Positions 1 to 10,373 of a DNA stretch of 64,000 nucleotides are shown here, piece by piece. The notes beneath the pieces were generated by a model. It was not told where the DNA came from and made no database searches. It was given only the letters and a program-made list of their open reading frames with translations. The first letter of the stretch is position 1; each line of letters opens with the position of its first letter. The position numbers and the translations under genes are program-made. Origin of the DNA: Bacilli bacterium (GTDB lineage Bacteria > Bacillota_I > Bacilli_A > RF39 > UBA660); contig JAFWKJ010000009.1 in NCBI GenBank assembly GCA_017511375.1, positions 3,407 through 67,406 on the forward strand. Direction: 5' to 3'.

Positions 1-769
1 AATAGAATATCCTTATAAGGATCAAAAACTTAGTTTTACATTAAAAGAAAAGGAAATAAATGGAATTAGTGGAAGTCATTTAGAAGAAATAGTGGAAATC
101 ATTAAAAGAGATTTTCGTCATAGAAAAATAAATCATAAACACATAAAAGAAGAAGACTGGAAAGAAATAAAGAATAAAATCATAGTAGTAAAAGAATGGT
201 TAGAGGATACCATTCATGAGGATTCATTATATGATGTGATGATAGAATACATGAAAGTTCATGAAATCTACCCAAGGAATTTAAAGAAAAAAATAAAAGA
301 TTCTTTAAGAATCGTTGGTTTACCAGATACCTTGTTGGATAGGAATATTTATTCTTTATCGACCTCAGAACAGAAACTTGTACAAATGGCGATGTCATTA
401 CTATCAAACCCAGAAATGATGATTCTAGAAGAACCATTCAAGGTATTAGACTTAAAAAATCGTAAGAAGATTATGATGGTTTTAAGAAAAATCAAGGATC
501 AATATAAAAAAACAATTGTATTAGTATCGAATGAGGAAGAAATGTTGTTAAAAGAGACAGATCATCTAATCATATTTAAAAATAATAGAGTTTTGATAGA
601 AGACAAAACATTAGATGCCTATAGAAGAGTAGAGTTTTTAAAGAAACATAAGGTGGAAGTTCCTAAGATCATAGAGTTTAGCTATCTTGTCCAAAAAAAT
701 AAGAAGGTAAAGATAGATTATCATAAAGATATTAGAGATATTATCAAAGATATCTATAAACATGTATAG
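1..769 (+). CDS. ABC-type ATPase-like protein with degenerate nucleotide-binding motifs; 5' end lies outside the window
   Basis: The reading frame is open from position 2 (IEYPYKDQKLSF..INGISGSHLEE) into tracked ORF 92..769. It has an ABC-signature-like LSTSEQ and a Walker-B-like MMILEEP. It sits directly upstream of truA-rplM-rpsI, where ecf transporter genes lie in Bacillota. Confidence 0.5.
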   Translation, partial: IEYPYKDQKLSFTLKEKEINGISGSHLEEIVEIIKRDFRHRKINHKHIKEEDWKEIKNKIIVVKEWLEDTIHEDSLYDVMIEYMKVHEIYPRNLKKKIKDSLRIVGLPDTLLDRNIYSLSTSEQKLVQMAMSLLSNPEMMILEEPFKVLDLKNRKKIMMVLRKIKDQYKKTIVLVSNEEEMLLKETDHLIIFKNNRVLIEDKTLDAYRRVEFLKKHKVEVPKIIEFSYLVQKNKKVKIDYHKDIRDIIKDIYKHV

Positions 770-778
770 AGGTGAAAT

Positions 779-1513
779 ATGAAGTACTTAATCAAGTTTT
801 CCTATGATGGATCAAACTATGCAGGATTTCAAACCCAAAAGGGATTTAAAACAATCCAAGAGACAATGGAAGAGGCTCTAACAAAGATAAATAATGGTGA
901 AAAAACACATTTAATTGCAACGGGAAGAACCGATAAAAAAGTACATGCTTTGGCACAATATGCGCATGTAGTAATCAAGGTGAATATTACCGAGAAAAAA
1001 TTAAAAAGAGCTTTAAATAGCAATTTGCCAGAAGATATTCATGTCATAGAAACAAAAGAAGTGGAAGAAGATTTTCACGCAAGATATCAGGTAAAAGAAA
1101 AGATCTATGAATATAAAATGAACTTAGGAGAATATAATCCAATTGAAAGAAATTATATCTTTCAGTATAATCATGAACTAGATTTAGAAAAAATGAAAAA
1201 GGCTATCAAATGCTTTGAAGGAGAACACGATTTTAGGGCCTTTGTGACAGAAAACAAAGAAAAAGAAAACTGTGTGAGAACCATCACGTACACGAACATA
1301 GAAAGAAACCAAGATATCCTAAGCATAACCTTCAAAGGAACTGGTTTTCTTCGCTACCAAGTAAGAAATATGGTAGGAATCCTAATTCGCGTAGGAGAGG
1401 GGAAAATAGCCCCTGAAGAGGTAGCGAAGATACTAGAGAGTAAAGATAGAACAAAATCAGGCAAAACAGCCCCAGCAGAAGGATTATATTTAGTAGATGT
1501 AATCTATGAATAA
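779..1513 (+). CDS. truA: tRNA pseudouridine(38-40) synthase TruA
   Basis: N-terminal FSYDGSNYAGFQTQ and catalytic GRTDKKVHA motifs. Length of 244 aa fits. Conserved truA-rplM-rpsI synteny. Confidence 0.9.
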   Translation: MKYLIKFSYDGSNYAGFQTQKGFKTIQETMEEALTKINNGEKTHLIATGRTDKKVHALAQYAHVVIKVNITEKKLKRALNSNLPEDIHVIETKEVEEDFHARYQVKEKIYEYKMNLGEYNPIERNYIFQYNHELDLEKMKKAIKCFEGEHDFRAFVTENKEKENCVRTITYTNIERNQDILSITFKGTGFLRYQVRNMVGILIRVGEGKIAPEEVAKILESKDRTKSGKTAPAEGLYLVDVIYE

Positions 1514-1548
1514 AAGTTGTAAAAACATGATAAAAAAAGGAAAAAGTA

Positions 1549-1577
1549 TTGATTTTTAATCCTTTTTTTAGTATAAT
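1549..1577 (+). promoter_or_regulatory. Sigma-A-type promoter for rplM-rpsI, followed by a ~70-nt leader (possible L13 leader)
   Basis: TTGATT (1549-1554), 17-nt spacer, TATAAT (1572-1577). This lies inside the N-terminal extension of tracked ORF 1549..2085, which argues that the extension is not coding. Confidence 0.45.
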
Positions 1578-1653
1578 TCTAATCGGTACATTCAAATATC
1601 CCACCTTGACTAGATCCTGGGAAAATCTAGTTGAAGTAAAAGGAGAAAAAAAT

Positions 1654-2085
1654 ATGACAAGTTATATGCAAAAAAAAGAAACGGTAGAACGTAAATGGTA
1701 TGTAATTGACGCAGAGGGAAAATCATTAGGTAGAGTTGCTACATTAGCTGCTACTTACTTACGCGGAAAAAACAAACCTACTTACACACCACATATTGAT
1801 TGTGGAGATAATATCATTATTATCAATGCTTCAAAAGTAAATCTTACAGGAGATAAATTAGATAAGAAAATGTATTATAACCATTCACAATATACAGGTG
1901 GATTAAGAGAGAGAAATGCAAGAACAATGAGAGAAAAATATCCAGAAGAAATGATGGAAAGAGCTATTAAAGGTATGTTACCTCATAATAGACTTGGAAG
2001 AGAAATGTATAGAAAACTACACGTATATGCTGGTGCTGAACATGAACATCAAGCTCAAAAACCAGAAGTGTTAGAGGTTAAGTAG
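1654..2085 (+). CDS. rplM: 50S ribosomal protein L13
   Basis: ATG at 1654 is preceded by AAAGGAGAAAAA. The product [39 protein letters not shown] is a typical L13. Confidence 0.95.
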   Translation: MTSYMQKKETVERKWYVIDAEGKSLGRVATLAATYLRGKNKPTYTPHIDCGDNIIIINASKVNLTGDKLDKKMYYNHSQYTGGLRERNARTMREKYPEEMMERAIKGMLPHNRLGREMYRKLHVYAGAEHEHQAQKPEVLEVK

Positions 2086-2098
2086 GAGGGTTTAAGTT

Positions 2099-2524
2099 AT
2101 GGCAAAAGAAAAGAAAAATGTTTATACTGGAACTGGACATAGAAAAACAAGTGTCGCAAGAGTAACACTTACTCCAGGAAAAGGAAAAATCACAGTAAAC
2201 GGAAGAGATGTAAGAGAATACTTCCCATCTGAAATCTGTGTAATGGACTTAACACAACCTCTAGAATTAACTAACACAAAAGATATGTTTGATGTAGATG
2301 CACAAGTAAAAGGTGGAGGTTTCCAAGGGCAAACAGGAGCTATTCGTTTAGGAATCACAAGAGCATTACTTGATTATGATAAAACTACACCAGCTGATTC
2401 AGAAAATAGTTTCAGAAAAACTCTTAAAGTTGCAGGATTCATCACAAGAGACTCTCGTAAGAAAGAACGTAAGAAACCAGGATTGAAGAAAGCACGTCGT
2501 GCACCTCAATTCTCAAAACGTTAA
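2099..2524 (+). CDS. rpsI: 30S ribosomal protein S9
   Basis: [12 protein letters not shown].. near the N-terminus and a C-terminal [17 protein letters not shown] tail, as in S9. RBS GGAGGG lies upstream. Confidence 0.95.
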   Translation: MAKEKKNVYTGTGHRKTSVARVTLTPGKGKITVNGRDVREYFPSEICVMDLTQPLELTNTKDMFDVDAQVKGGGFQGQTGAIRLGITRALLDYDKTTPADSENSFRKTLKVAGFITRDSRKKERKKPGLKKARRAPQFSKR

Positions 2525-2536
2525 TTGTTTCAAAAC

Positions 2537-2561
2537 AAAAGACCAGATATGGTCTTTTTTG
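2537..2561 (+). terminator. Rho-independent terminator after rpsI
   Basis: AGACCA/TGGTCT stem (2540-2545 / 2550-2555) followed by a T-run. Confidence 0.7.
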
Positions 2562-2749
2562 TATGTGATAGAAGGGTGATTTCTATATCTTTAGAAATAT
2601 GTTGGCTTGATAAAAAACGTTCTATAATCAATAGAGATATTTTAAAATACAATAATATAATAACATATCATTAAGAACATGTAAGTAACTTATAAAACTA
2701 TGATATAATAATAATGAGACAATCAAGAAGTTAATAAAGGAAGTAAATT

Positions 2750-3214
2750 ATGAAAGCAAATTTTAAATGTGTTGTTCACATGATGATTACAAAGGACAAT
2801 AAAGTATTAGTACAAAAAAGAAAAGGATCTAAACTATGGCCTGGGTTCTATTCATTACCTGCAGGACATGTAGATGAAGGGGAAAACCAGTATGAAGCTT
2901 TAGTGAGAGAAGCAAAAGAAGAATTAGGAATCGAATTAGATCCAAAAGATATCACAAAGCATTACGTGGTTTTAAGAAATAACCATTTTGAAATCAATGG
3001 AAAACAACTAGAACCATACATTGATTATTATTTTGAATTAAGCAAATATAAAGGGATTCCTAAAATTATGGAAGAAGATAAATGTGATGAACTAATTTGG
3101 ATTAATTTAAAAGAGTTGCCAGAACCATTTGTTAATTACCAAGGAGATTTCTTTGATAATAGGGAAATGACATACTATGACTGTGAAACAGATGGTGCGT
3201 ATATCAAAAAATAA
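2750..3214 (+). CDS. NUDIX hydrolase
   Basis: Complete Nudix box GHVDEGENQYEALVREAKEELGI (G-x5-E-x7-REUxEExGU). Confidence 0.8.
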   Translation: MKANFKCVVHMMITKDNKVLVQKRKGSKLWPGFYSLPAGHVDEGENQYEALVREAKEELGIELDPKDITKHYVVLRNNHFEINGKQLEPYIDYYFELSKYKGIPKIMEEDKCDELIWINLKELPEPFVNYQGDFFDNREMTYYDCETDGAYIKK

Positions 3215-3282
3215 GGAAGAGAAGAATCTCTTTTTTTTATCAAAAAAAGAAAAGAAACATAAAATATTACGAGGAGGATTTT

Positions 3283-3621
3283 ATGTTTAACTTTGATTAT
3301 TTAAAGACAACTTTGTTAATTGCTATTGCGTTAAGTTCTATTACATGCACGTTTGTACAAAAAACAAAAATATATATCAAAGGCAGTAAAAATATCACAC
3401 TATACTCTTTACTAGTAAACTTAGCATTTAGTATTATTTTTTGTAAGTCATTCACAAGTATTGATATACCAAATAGTTTATGGATAGGTTTATTCTCTTT
3501 TCTAGGAGCAGACTCTATCTATAAAACATTAGAGGGAAAACTATCTACCTATACAGAACTGATTCAAAGAAAAGAAATAAGCATCTCAAAAGAGAATATC
3601 ATCAACGAGGAGGATAAATAA
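3283..3621 (+). CDS. Small 3-TM membrane protein, holin-like by size, topology and position
   Basis: 112 aa with three hydrophobic segments and a charged C-terminal tail. Its stop codon abuts the start of the downstream lytic-enzyme gene. Strong RBS GAGGAGG. Confidence 0.35.
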   Translation: MFNFDYLKTTLLIAIALSSITCTFVQKTKIYIKGSKNITLYSLLVNLAFSIIFCKSFTSIDIPNSLWIGLFSFLGADSIYKTLEGKLSTYTELIQRKEISISKENIINEEDK

Positions 3622-4244
3622 TGGAGAAACCACTTTTCCCTTCTAAAAACATGAGGATTACCCAAGGCTATGAAGAAGGAACTCATAGAGATAGTTATGC
3701 AATCGATAATGCAGGAGCAGATTACGGAATAGAACCAATTTATGCTCCTTATACAGGTGTTGTTAAGAAAATCTATGAAAATGATGCGAATGAGGTTTGG
3801 CTAGAAAGTATAGAACCTGTGGAATATCCCGATGGAACGGTTGATTATATGACCATGATGTTTGGACATTGTAATGATGTGAGTAACTTATATGTTGGGA
3901 AAAAAATAAATCAAAATGAAGCGTTTTATCAAGAAGGAACCAAGGGAAATGCGACAGGAAATCATTGTCATATCGAGTGTGGAAAAGGAAAATTTACGGG
4001 ATCTGGTTGGGTAAAGAATAACAGTGGTTTTTGGAGTATTGAAAATAGAAAAAAACCAGAAGAATGTCTCTGGATTGATGATAGTATAAAAGTTTTAGAT
4101 AACAACGGCTATACCTTTAAAAAAATAGAAAATAAAAAACCCACAGAATTTGTGGATAAAACTTTTATAGCGCCTAAAACAGACTTGTACGGCGTATATC
4201 TAAAGAAGAATCAAAAAGTAAAAATTGAGAAATTATCCCAATAA
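3621..4244 (+). CDS. Peptidase M23 (LytM/lysostaphin-like) family cell-wall hydrolase
   Basis: GTHRDSYAIDNAG..IYAPYTGVV..GHC..GTKGNATGNHCHIE follows the M23 order: metal-binding His/Asp, then a G-x-T/A-G-x-H-x-H block. Confidence 0.6.
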   Translation: MEKPLFPSKNMRITQGYEEGTHRDSYAIDNAGADYGIEPIYAPYTGVVKKIYENDANEVWLESIEPVEYPDGTVDYMTMMFGHCNDVSNLYVGKKINQNEAFYQEGTKGNATGNHCHIECGKGKFTGSGWVKNNSGFWSIENRKKPEECLWIDDSIKVLDNNGYTFKKIENKKPTEFVDKTFIAPKTDLYGVYLKKNQKVKIEKLSQ

Positions 4245-4991
4245 CAATTCCATCATCATCATAAGAGAAAAACCAAGTAGAAGAATGAAGGCCATAAGGT
4301 CTTTATTTTTATTTTTTTGACTCTCAGGAATTAGTTCCAAAACAGTTACAAATATCATCGCACCTGCCGCAAAAGAAAGAACAAAAGGTAATATTATTTG
4401 TACTTTTAAAACAAGAAGTGCTCCTAAAATAGCAGAAATTGGTTCTACGATTCCACTGATGGCTCCTAACAAAAAGGATTTAGAACGAGATAAACCCTCT
4501 CTCCTGATAGGAAGACTAACAGCACTTCCCTCTGGAAAGTTTTGAATGGCAATCCCTAAGGTAAGAGTGATGGCAGAAATAAGGCTTCCTCCATATAAAA
4601 CAGTACCAAAAGCAACTCCAATTGCTAATCCTTCCGGGATATTATGAAGAGTAATAGAAGTCGTTAATAACAAACACCTTTTAAATGAAATTCCTTTTTG
4701 AGGTAAGTGAGCAAAAAGATGATTGCATACATAAATAAAAATACCCCCAAATAGAAAACCAAAAAACACGGTAAAAAAGAGATTTTGTTGTTGCTTAGAA
4801 GATAATTCTATAGCGGGTTCTAATAAAGAAAAGAAAGCTGCTGATATCATAATTCCTGCCGAAAAGGATAATAATCCATCCATAAGATTTTTCTTCACTT
4901 TCTTAAAGAAAAATACAATGGCAGCCCCTAAAAGGGTAGATAAGTAAGCAACAAGACCACCATATAATGAGTACATGATTACTTGAAACAT
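4233..4991 (-). CDS. ZIP-family divalent metal (zinc) transporter
   Basis: Polytopic membrane protein with HNIPEGLAIGVAF and QNFPEGSAVSLP, the ZIP/ZupT signature helices. Confidence 0.8.
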   Translation of the reverse strand: MFQVIMYSLYGGLVAYLSTLLGAAIVFFFKKVKKNLMDGLLSFSAGIMISAAFFSLLEPAIELSSKQQQNLFFTVFFGFLFGGIFIYVCNHLFAHLPQKGISFKRCLLLTTSITLHNIPEGLAIGVAFGTVLYGGSLISAITLTLGIAIQNFPEGSAVSLPIRREGLSRSKSFLLGAISGIVEPISAILGALLVLKVQIILPFVLSFAAGAMIFVTVLELIPESQKNKNKDLMAFILLLGFSLMMMMELLLG

Positions 4992-5128
4992 TTAAATCAC
5001 CACTATAAAGTATGTGAAAAGGAAAAATTTGTTAAAAAATAAGGGAGATAGTGACGAATTTTTATTGTAAAAATTACAATTATTTTATATAATTATTATA
5101 TAATCAGAATAATATGGGGTGATTACCA

Positions 5129-8100
5129 GTGATTGTAAGGTTAATCAAGAAAAAGAAAATTTACAACTTCACTTTACCAACTAAAATCTCCGGAAATTAT
5201 TGGATTACTGATAATGATTATTTGGGAAATGTACGTAACCTAATTAACGTAGAAGAAGATAATGGAAAATGGAAGATAAAATCAGACTTCGAAACCAAAA
5301 TCATGTCAGGAGAACAAGAAGTTGAATCTGCATACTTAAAAGATTATAGTCTTTATTTCTTAAAGATAAACACAGATAACGAATATGTGATTTTATACTG
5401 CTCCCCAACAGTAGATAAAGAAAGTTATCGATTGAGATTAACCGGTAAAAATGAATTATTGATTGGTAATTACAACAAAGCCCATATATGCTTTAACTAT
5501 CCTTTGGTATCAAGGGAACACGCAAAACTAATTTATAATAACGGTGTTTGGATTGTACAAGATCTAAACAGTAAATACGGAACATATGTAAATAGTATCG
5601 CTATCACGGCAAGACAATTACAATATGGTGATATTATTTTTATCATGGGATTAAGAATTATCGTTTTAAAAGATACATTGATTATCAATAATATTGGTAG
5701 CAATTTAAGTATTGATAATAAAGTATTAGAATCCATTTCATCGCTTACTCAAAAACAAACAGAGTTTGATAATCCAGATGAAGAAACGATTGAGTTCTAT
5801 AAAGAGGATGATTATTTCTATAGAGCCCCTCGTTTTAAAACAGGAATTGTGGATGCTAATATTGTAATTGATAATCCACCAAATAAGTTGGATGAGGAAG
5901 ATAATACGCCATTAATATTTACATTAGGGCCAATGCTTACAATGGCAATGTCTTCTATGTCTACAGGAATCAGTGCTCTACAAGGTGTCATTAATGGAAC
6001 AACAGATATGGCAACAGTTGCTCCAACATTAGCGATGACAGGGGCAATGATGGCAACGATGTTATTATGGCCAAACCTACAAAAGAAATTCCAAAAGAGA
6101 CAAGCTAAAAGAGCTGAAAAAGAAAGAAAAGTGAAATATCTAAAATATCTTGAAAGTAAGAAAGAAAGTATTCAATCTGAAATGAAGATTCAAAGACAAA
6201 TCTTGATTGATAATTATCTTCCATTAGATCAAACAAAAGAAATTGTTTATCAAAAGAAAAGAAACTTATGGGAAAGAGAAATAGGTCAAGAAGACTTCTT
6301 AGATTTAAGATTAGGAATTGGTTCTTCAGAACTAAGAGGTAAAATTAGTATTCCAGAAGAACACTTTGCTTTAAAAACAGATGATTTGTTAAAAGAAGTT
6401 TATAAAGTAGGAGCAGAATCAAGAACGCTAGAAAATGTACCAATTTCTTTAAACTTTATCAGTAGAAATATTGTAGCAATTATTGGAACTGCTACCAATA
6501 AAAAACAGTTTATTGATGGTTTGATATTACAAATCATTACTTATCATAGTTATGAAGATTTAAAAATTGTTGTCTTCACGAATAGTCAAAATGAAAGCAA
6601 TTGGGATTATTTAAAAGTAGCACCTCATTGCTGGAACAATGAAAAATCATTCCGTTATTTTGCAACCAACTTAGATGAAGCAAAAGAAATTTCTTTGGAA
6701 CTTGAAAAAGAAATTCAAAGTAGAAAATTTAAAGACAATAATGGAAGAATGGAAATAAATGCAGAAGACTACAAGAACTATAGACCATATTATTTGATTA
6801 TCACAGATGATTATAAATCTGTAAGAGATATTGAATTACTAAAAGATGTTGGCTCAATGCCAGTAAACTATGGTTTCAGTTTGGTTGTAATAAGTCCAAG
6901 ATTAGTTAATATTCCAAATGAATGTAATGCTTTCATCAGTATTGGTGATAAAAAATCAGGAGTATTTGAAAATGAATTAGTTGCAAACAAACAAAAAGAG
7001 TTTGTGGCAGACTTTGATCCTACACTTAACATCTATGAGTGTTGTAAGATTATCGCAAATATTCCAATTGATATTGCAAAAGAAGCCCAAGCTTTACCAA
7101 CTTCTGTTTCTTTCCTTGAAATGTGTAATGTTGGTATGGTTGAGCAGTTAAATATTCTAAATAGATGGAAAGTAAATGATCCAACGAAATCACTACAAAC
7201 ACCAGTTGGATTTGATAAGTCTAGAGAATTATTTAAACTAGACCTTCATGAAAAAGCACATGGACCACATGGTTTGATTGCAGGTATGACAGGTTCCGGT
7301 AAATCTGAATTTATCATTACATACATTCTATCAATGGCGATGAACTATCACCCAAATGAAGTTACATTCATCTTAATAGACTACAAAGGTGGAGGACTAA
7401 CAGGAGCCTTTGAAAATAGAGAAACAGGAATGAAACTACCACATCTTGCAGGAACCATTACCAACTTAGATACGGTAGAGATGAACCGTTCCTTAGCTTC
7501 TATTCAATCCGAATTAAGAAAAAGACAAAGACAGTTTAATGAAGCGAGAGATAAATTAAATGAAAGTACGATTGATATCTATAAATATCAAAACCTATAT
7601 AGACGTGGATTAGTAGATAAACCAATCTCTCACTTATTCATTATTTCAGATGAGTTTGCAGAGTTGAAAGACCAAAGACCAGAATTCATGGAACAACTAA
7701 TTTCAACAGCACGTATCGGACGTTCTTTAGGTGTCCATCTAATTCTAGCAACCCAGAAACCAAGTGGTGTTGTTAATGATCAAATCTGGTCAAACTCAAA
7801 ATTCCGTGTATGTTTAAGGGTACAAGATAAATCAGACAGTATGGATATGATTAAATGTCCAGATGCTGCCGAATTGAAAAATGTTGGTAGATTCTTCCTA
7901 CAAGTTGGTTATAATGAGTTGTTTGCCATGGGACAAGCTGCCTGGGCAGGAGCACAATATTATCCAACAGAAAAAAGAAAGAAGAAAGTGGACCAATCTA
8001 TCACAATTGTGGACAATGTAGGAAGCCCAATTAAATCATTAGATACAAAACAAAATGATATTAAGATTCAATCTCAAGGAGAAGAAATTACAAATATTAT

Positions 8101-9700
8101 TAAATATATTGTAGGAGAAGCAGAAAAAGAACACATTGAGGTTGAACAATTATGGCTTCCAAGAATACCAGATGTAATATATACAGATGCCTTGAAAGAA
8201 AAATATAATTATAAACCAGTCAAGAATGTAATTAATCCAATTATTGGAGAATATGATGATCCTGATAATCAAGCACAAAATATTTTAACCCTTCCATTAT
8301 CTGATTTAGGAAATACGATTATCTTTGGTTCCGCAGGAAATGGTAAAGAGTTGATGCTTGCAGGTATTATCTATTCAAGTATTACTTCTCATAATTCAAA
8401 TGAAGTTAACTTCTACATTTTAGACTTTGGTGCAGAAACGCTAACTATGTTTAAGAATGCACCACATGTAGGAGAAGTAATTCTATCTTCTGATGCTGAA
8501 AAGATTGCGAATACATTTAAGATGATTGACTCTGTCTTAGAAGAAAGAAAGAAAATCTTCACAGACTACAATGGATCATTTGATTTCTACATCAACCATG
8601 GTGGAAAACAAATTCCTCTTATTGTAGTTATTATCAATAACGTAGAAGCCTTCTTAGAAACTTATAGTGACTATGAAGATTTAATTGGTCAAATGACAAG
8701 AGATTGTTTGAAATATGGTATTATCTTCATATTTACTACGAATGGACCTAATACAGTACGTTATCGTTTAAGACAAAACTTTAGACAAAACGTTGTATTA
8801 CAATTCAATGATCCAGGAGACTATTCTTCTGTCATACCAGGAGTAAGAAAGAAGGAGCCTTCTAAAGCATATGGACGTGGTATGATTTTATTAGATGCCA
8901 TTTTCGAATTCCAAACAGCCTATGTATATAAAGAAGAAAAAATGTCTGAGTATATCAAGGTTGTCTGTGAAAAACTTAACAAAGTATGTGATTATCAAGC
9001 TGCACCAATTCCAATTCTTCCAGAAGTTGTTAATCGCGAATATGTAGCACAATACTTAGGAGCTTACAAGCACTTACCAGTGGGTGTTACGAAAGATACA
9101 CTTGAAATTGCAACAGTCGATCTTGGTAACAAGTTTATGTATAACATTACAGGAGACGATGTTACAGCAGAACCTGCCTTCTTACGTGGTGTTATGAACA
9201 ACTTGTTAGCTGTTCCAAATACTGAAATCATTGTAATGGATGCAAGTGGAATCTTTAATGAAATCACAGATCAAAATATACTATATAGTACGGATAGTTG
9301 TGAAACAGGTATTGCGCGACTAAAAGATGTAGTTACACAAAACGATCCTACAAAGACAATTTTTGTATTTATCATGGGAATTAATACATTGCTTGGTAAG
9401 ATGATGGCAACAGAAAAAACAGATTTCCTTGATTTGATTACAAATTCAAAACAATTAGGAAATGTCCGCTATATCATAGTTGATAATATTGATGTAATTA
9501 AGAGTATCAATTTTGAAGCATGGTATAAAGGAAATGCAGATATGGCAGAAGGTATTTGGATTGGTAATGGTATAGGTAACCAATTCACATTAAAGGTTAC
9601 AACAAACTCTCGTGTCCTAAGACAAGAAGTAGATCCAGGTTTTGGATATGTCATTAGAAAAGGAAAAGCAGAGTTAATGAAACTAATGTCTGACGAATAG
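5129..9700 (+). CDS. essC: Type VII secretion system (T7SSb) FtsK/SpoIIIE-family ATPase EssC/YukB
   Basis: N-terminal FHA-like region (LLIGN..SREHAKL..VQDLNSKYGTYVN). TM pair around aa 265-315. First ATPase domain has Walker A GMTGSGKSE and Walker B FIISDEFAEL. Two further degenerate P-loop domains follow (GSAGNGKE). GTG start lies after GGGGTGA. Confidence 0.9.
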   Translation: MIVRLIKKKKIYNFTLPTKISGNYWITDNDYLGNVRNLINVEEDNGKWKIKSDFETKIMSGEQEVESAYLKDYSLYFLKINTDNEYVILYCSPTVDKESYRLRLTGKNELLIGNYNKAHICFNYPLVSREHAKLIYNNGVWIVQDLNSKYGTYVNSIAITARQLQYGDIIFIMGLRIIVLKDTLIINNIGSNLSIDNKVLESISSLTQKQTEFDNPDEETIEFYKEDDYFYRAPRFKTGIVDANIVIDNPPNKLDEEDNTPLIFTLGPMLTMAMSSMSTGISALQGVINGTTDMATVAPTLAMTGAMMATMLLWPNLQKKFQKRQAKRAEKERKVKYLKYLESKKESIQSEMKIQRQILIDNYLPLDQTKEIVYQKKRNLWEREIGQEDFLDLRLGIGSSELRGKISIPEEHFALKTDDLLKEVYKVGAESRTLENVPISLNFISRNIVAIIGTATNKKQFIDGLILQIITYHSYEDLKIVVFTNSQNESNWDYLKVAPHCWNNEKSFRYFATNLDEAKEISLELEKEIQSRKFKDNNGRMEINAEDYKNYRPYYLIITDDYKSVRDIELLKDVGSMPVNYGFSLVVISPRLVNIPNECNAFISIGDKKSGVFENELVANKQKEFVADFDPTLNIYECCKIIANIPIDIAKEAQALPTSVSFLEMCNVGMVEQLNILNRWKVNDPTKSLQTPVGFDKSRELFKLDLHEKAHGPHGLIAGMTGSGKSEFIITYILSMAMNYHPNEVTFILIDYKGGGLTGAFENRETGMKLPHLAGTITNLDTVEMNRSLASIQSELRKRQRQFNEARDKLNESTIDIYKYQNLYRRGLVDKPISHLFIISDEFAELKDQRPEFMEQLISTARIGRSLGVHLILATQKPSGVVNDQIWSNSKFRVCLRVQDKSDSMDMIKCPDAAELKNVGRFFLQVGYNELFAMGQAAWAGAQYYPTEKRKKKVDQSITIVDNVGSPIKSLDTKQNDIKIQSQGEEITNIIKYIVGEAEKEHIEVEQLWLPRIPDVIYTDALKEKYNYKPVKNVINPIIGEYDDPDNQAQNILTLPLSDLGNTIIFGSAGNGKELMLAGIIYSSITSHNSNEVNFYILDFGAETLTMFKNAPHVGEVILSSDAEKIANTFKMIDSVLEERKKIFTDYNGSFDFYINHGGKQIPLIVVIINNVEAFLETYSDYEDLIGQMTRDCLKYGIIFIFTTNGPNTVRYRLRQNFRQNVVLQFNDPGDYSSVIPGVRKKEPSKAYGRGMILLDAIFEFQTAYVYKEEKMSEYIKVVCEKLNKVCDYQAAPIPILPEVVNREYVAQYLGAYKHLPVGVTKDTLEIATVDLGNKFMYNITGDDVTAEPAFLRGVMNNLLAVPNTEIIVMDASGIFNEITDQNILYSTDSCETGIARLKDVVTQNDPTKTIFVFIMGINTLLGKMMATEKTDFLDLITNSKQLGNVRYIIVDNIDVIKSINFEAWYKGNADMAEGIWIGNGIGNQFTLKVTTNSRVLRQEVDPGFGYVIRKGKAELMKLMSDE

Positions 9701-9710
9701 GAGGATTTAT

Positions 9711-9968
9711 ATGAATGAAAATAAAATATTAATAGAATTAGAAATACCTCTTATTGAAGTAAAATATGATATGTTTATTCCTATCAATAAAAAAGTAGGA
9801 ACAATCAAATCACTAATCGAGGACTCTTTAATAGAATTAACAGATAAAGCATATATCCCTAGAGAAGATACAAATCTTTATAGTAAAGAAAGTGGAGAAT
9901 TGTATGATGTTAATAAAACAGTCCGCGATACAGATCTAAAAAATGGTTCAAGAATAATTCTAATATAG
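9711..9968 (+). CDS. esaB: Ubiquitin-like T7SS accessory protein (EsaB/YukD-like)
   Basis: 85 aa, immediately downstream of essC. Beta-grasp-like pattern ending ..DTDLKNGSRIILI, as in YukD. Confidence 0.6.
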   Translation: MNENKILIELEIPLIEVKYDMFIPINKKVGTIKSLIEDSLIELTDKAYIPREDTNLYSKESGELYDVNKTVRDTDLKNGSRIILI

Positions 9969-9980
9969 AGGAGGTGCCCT

Positions 9981-10373
9981 ATGGACGACTACAACCGATA
10001 TGTTACAGCAGTCAATAAGATATTTGATTATCTAGAAAAAATGAAAGCTGGATGGAATAACTTAGATAATAAGAATTATATAGACTCAATAGATGAGTTT
10101 AAAGGTGTCGTAACTTCAAGAGCAAATGAGTTTAAAAATCCACCAACGGTTAAGTTGGAAAAGACATCTGCTGAAATAGAAGAAGAACAAGAAAAGGCTT
10201 TTGAAGAAGAACAAGAGGCAAGAAAACAAGCACAGCAGGTAGGCGAGGAGTTAGAACCTGAACGCTTACCAGAAGAAGAACAACCTTTAGAAGAAATACC
10301 AATGAAGGAAATTCCTGCTTCATTTGATACGTCTCTTCCAGAAGTACCAAGTGTGGAGGCACTAGGAGAATGA
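9981..10373 (+). CDS. Small helical protein with acidic Glu/Pro-rich tail; possible T7SS substrate or chaperone
   Basis: 130 aa. The N-terminal helical region has a W-N-N where WXG100 proteins carry W-x-G. Follows esaB with a strong RBS. Confidence 0.4.
   Translation: MDDYNRYVTAVNKIFDYLEKMKAGWNNLDNKNYIDSIDEFKGVVTSRANEFKNPPTVKLEKTSAEIEEEQEKAFEEEQEARKQAQQVGEELEPERLPEEEQPLEEIPMKEIPASFDTSLPEVPSVEALGE

Noticed and set aside
3283-4244. Prophage remnant
   Set aside because: No phage structural, terminase, integrase or repressor genes lie on either side. Only the two-gene lysis-like cassette is present.
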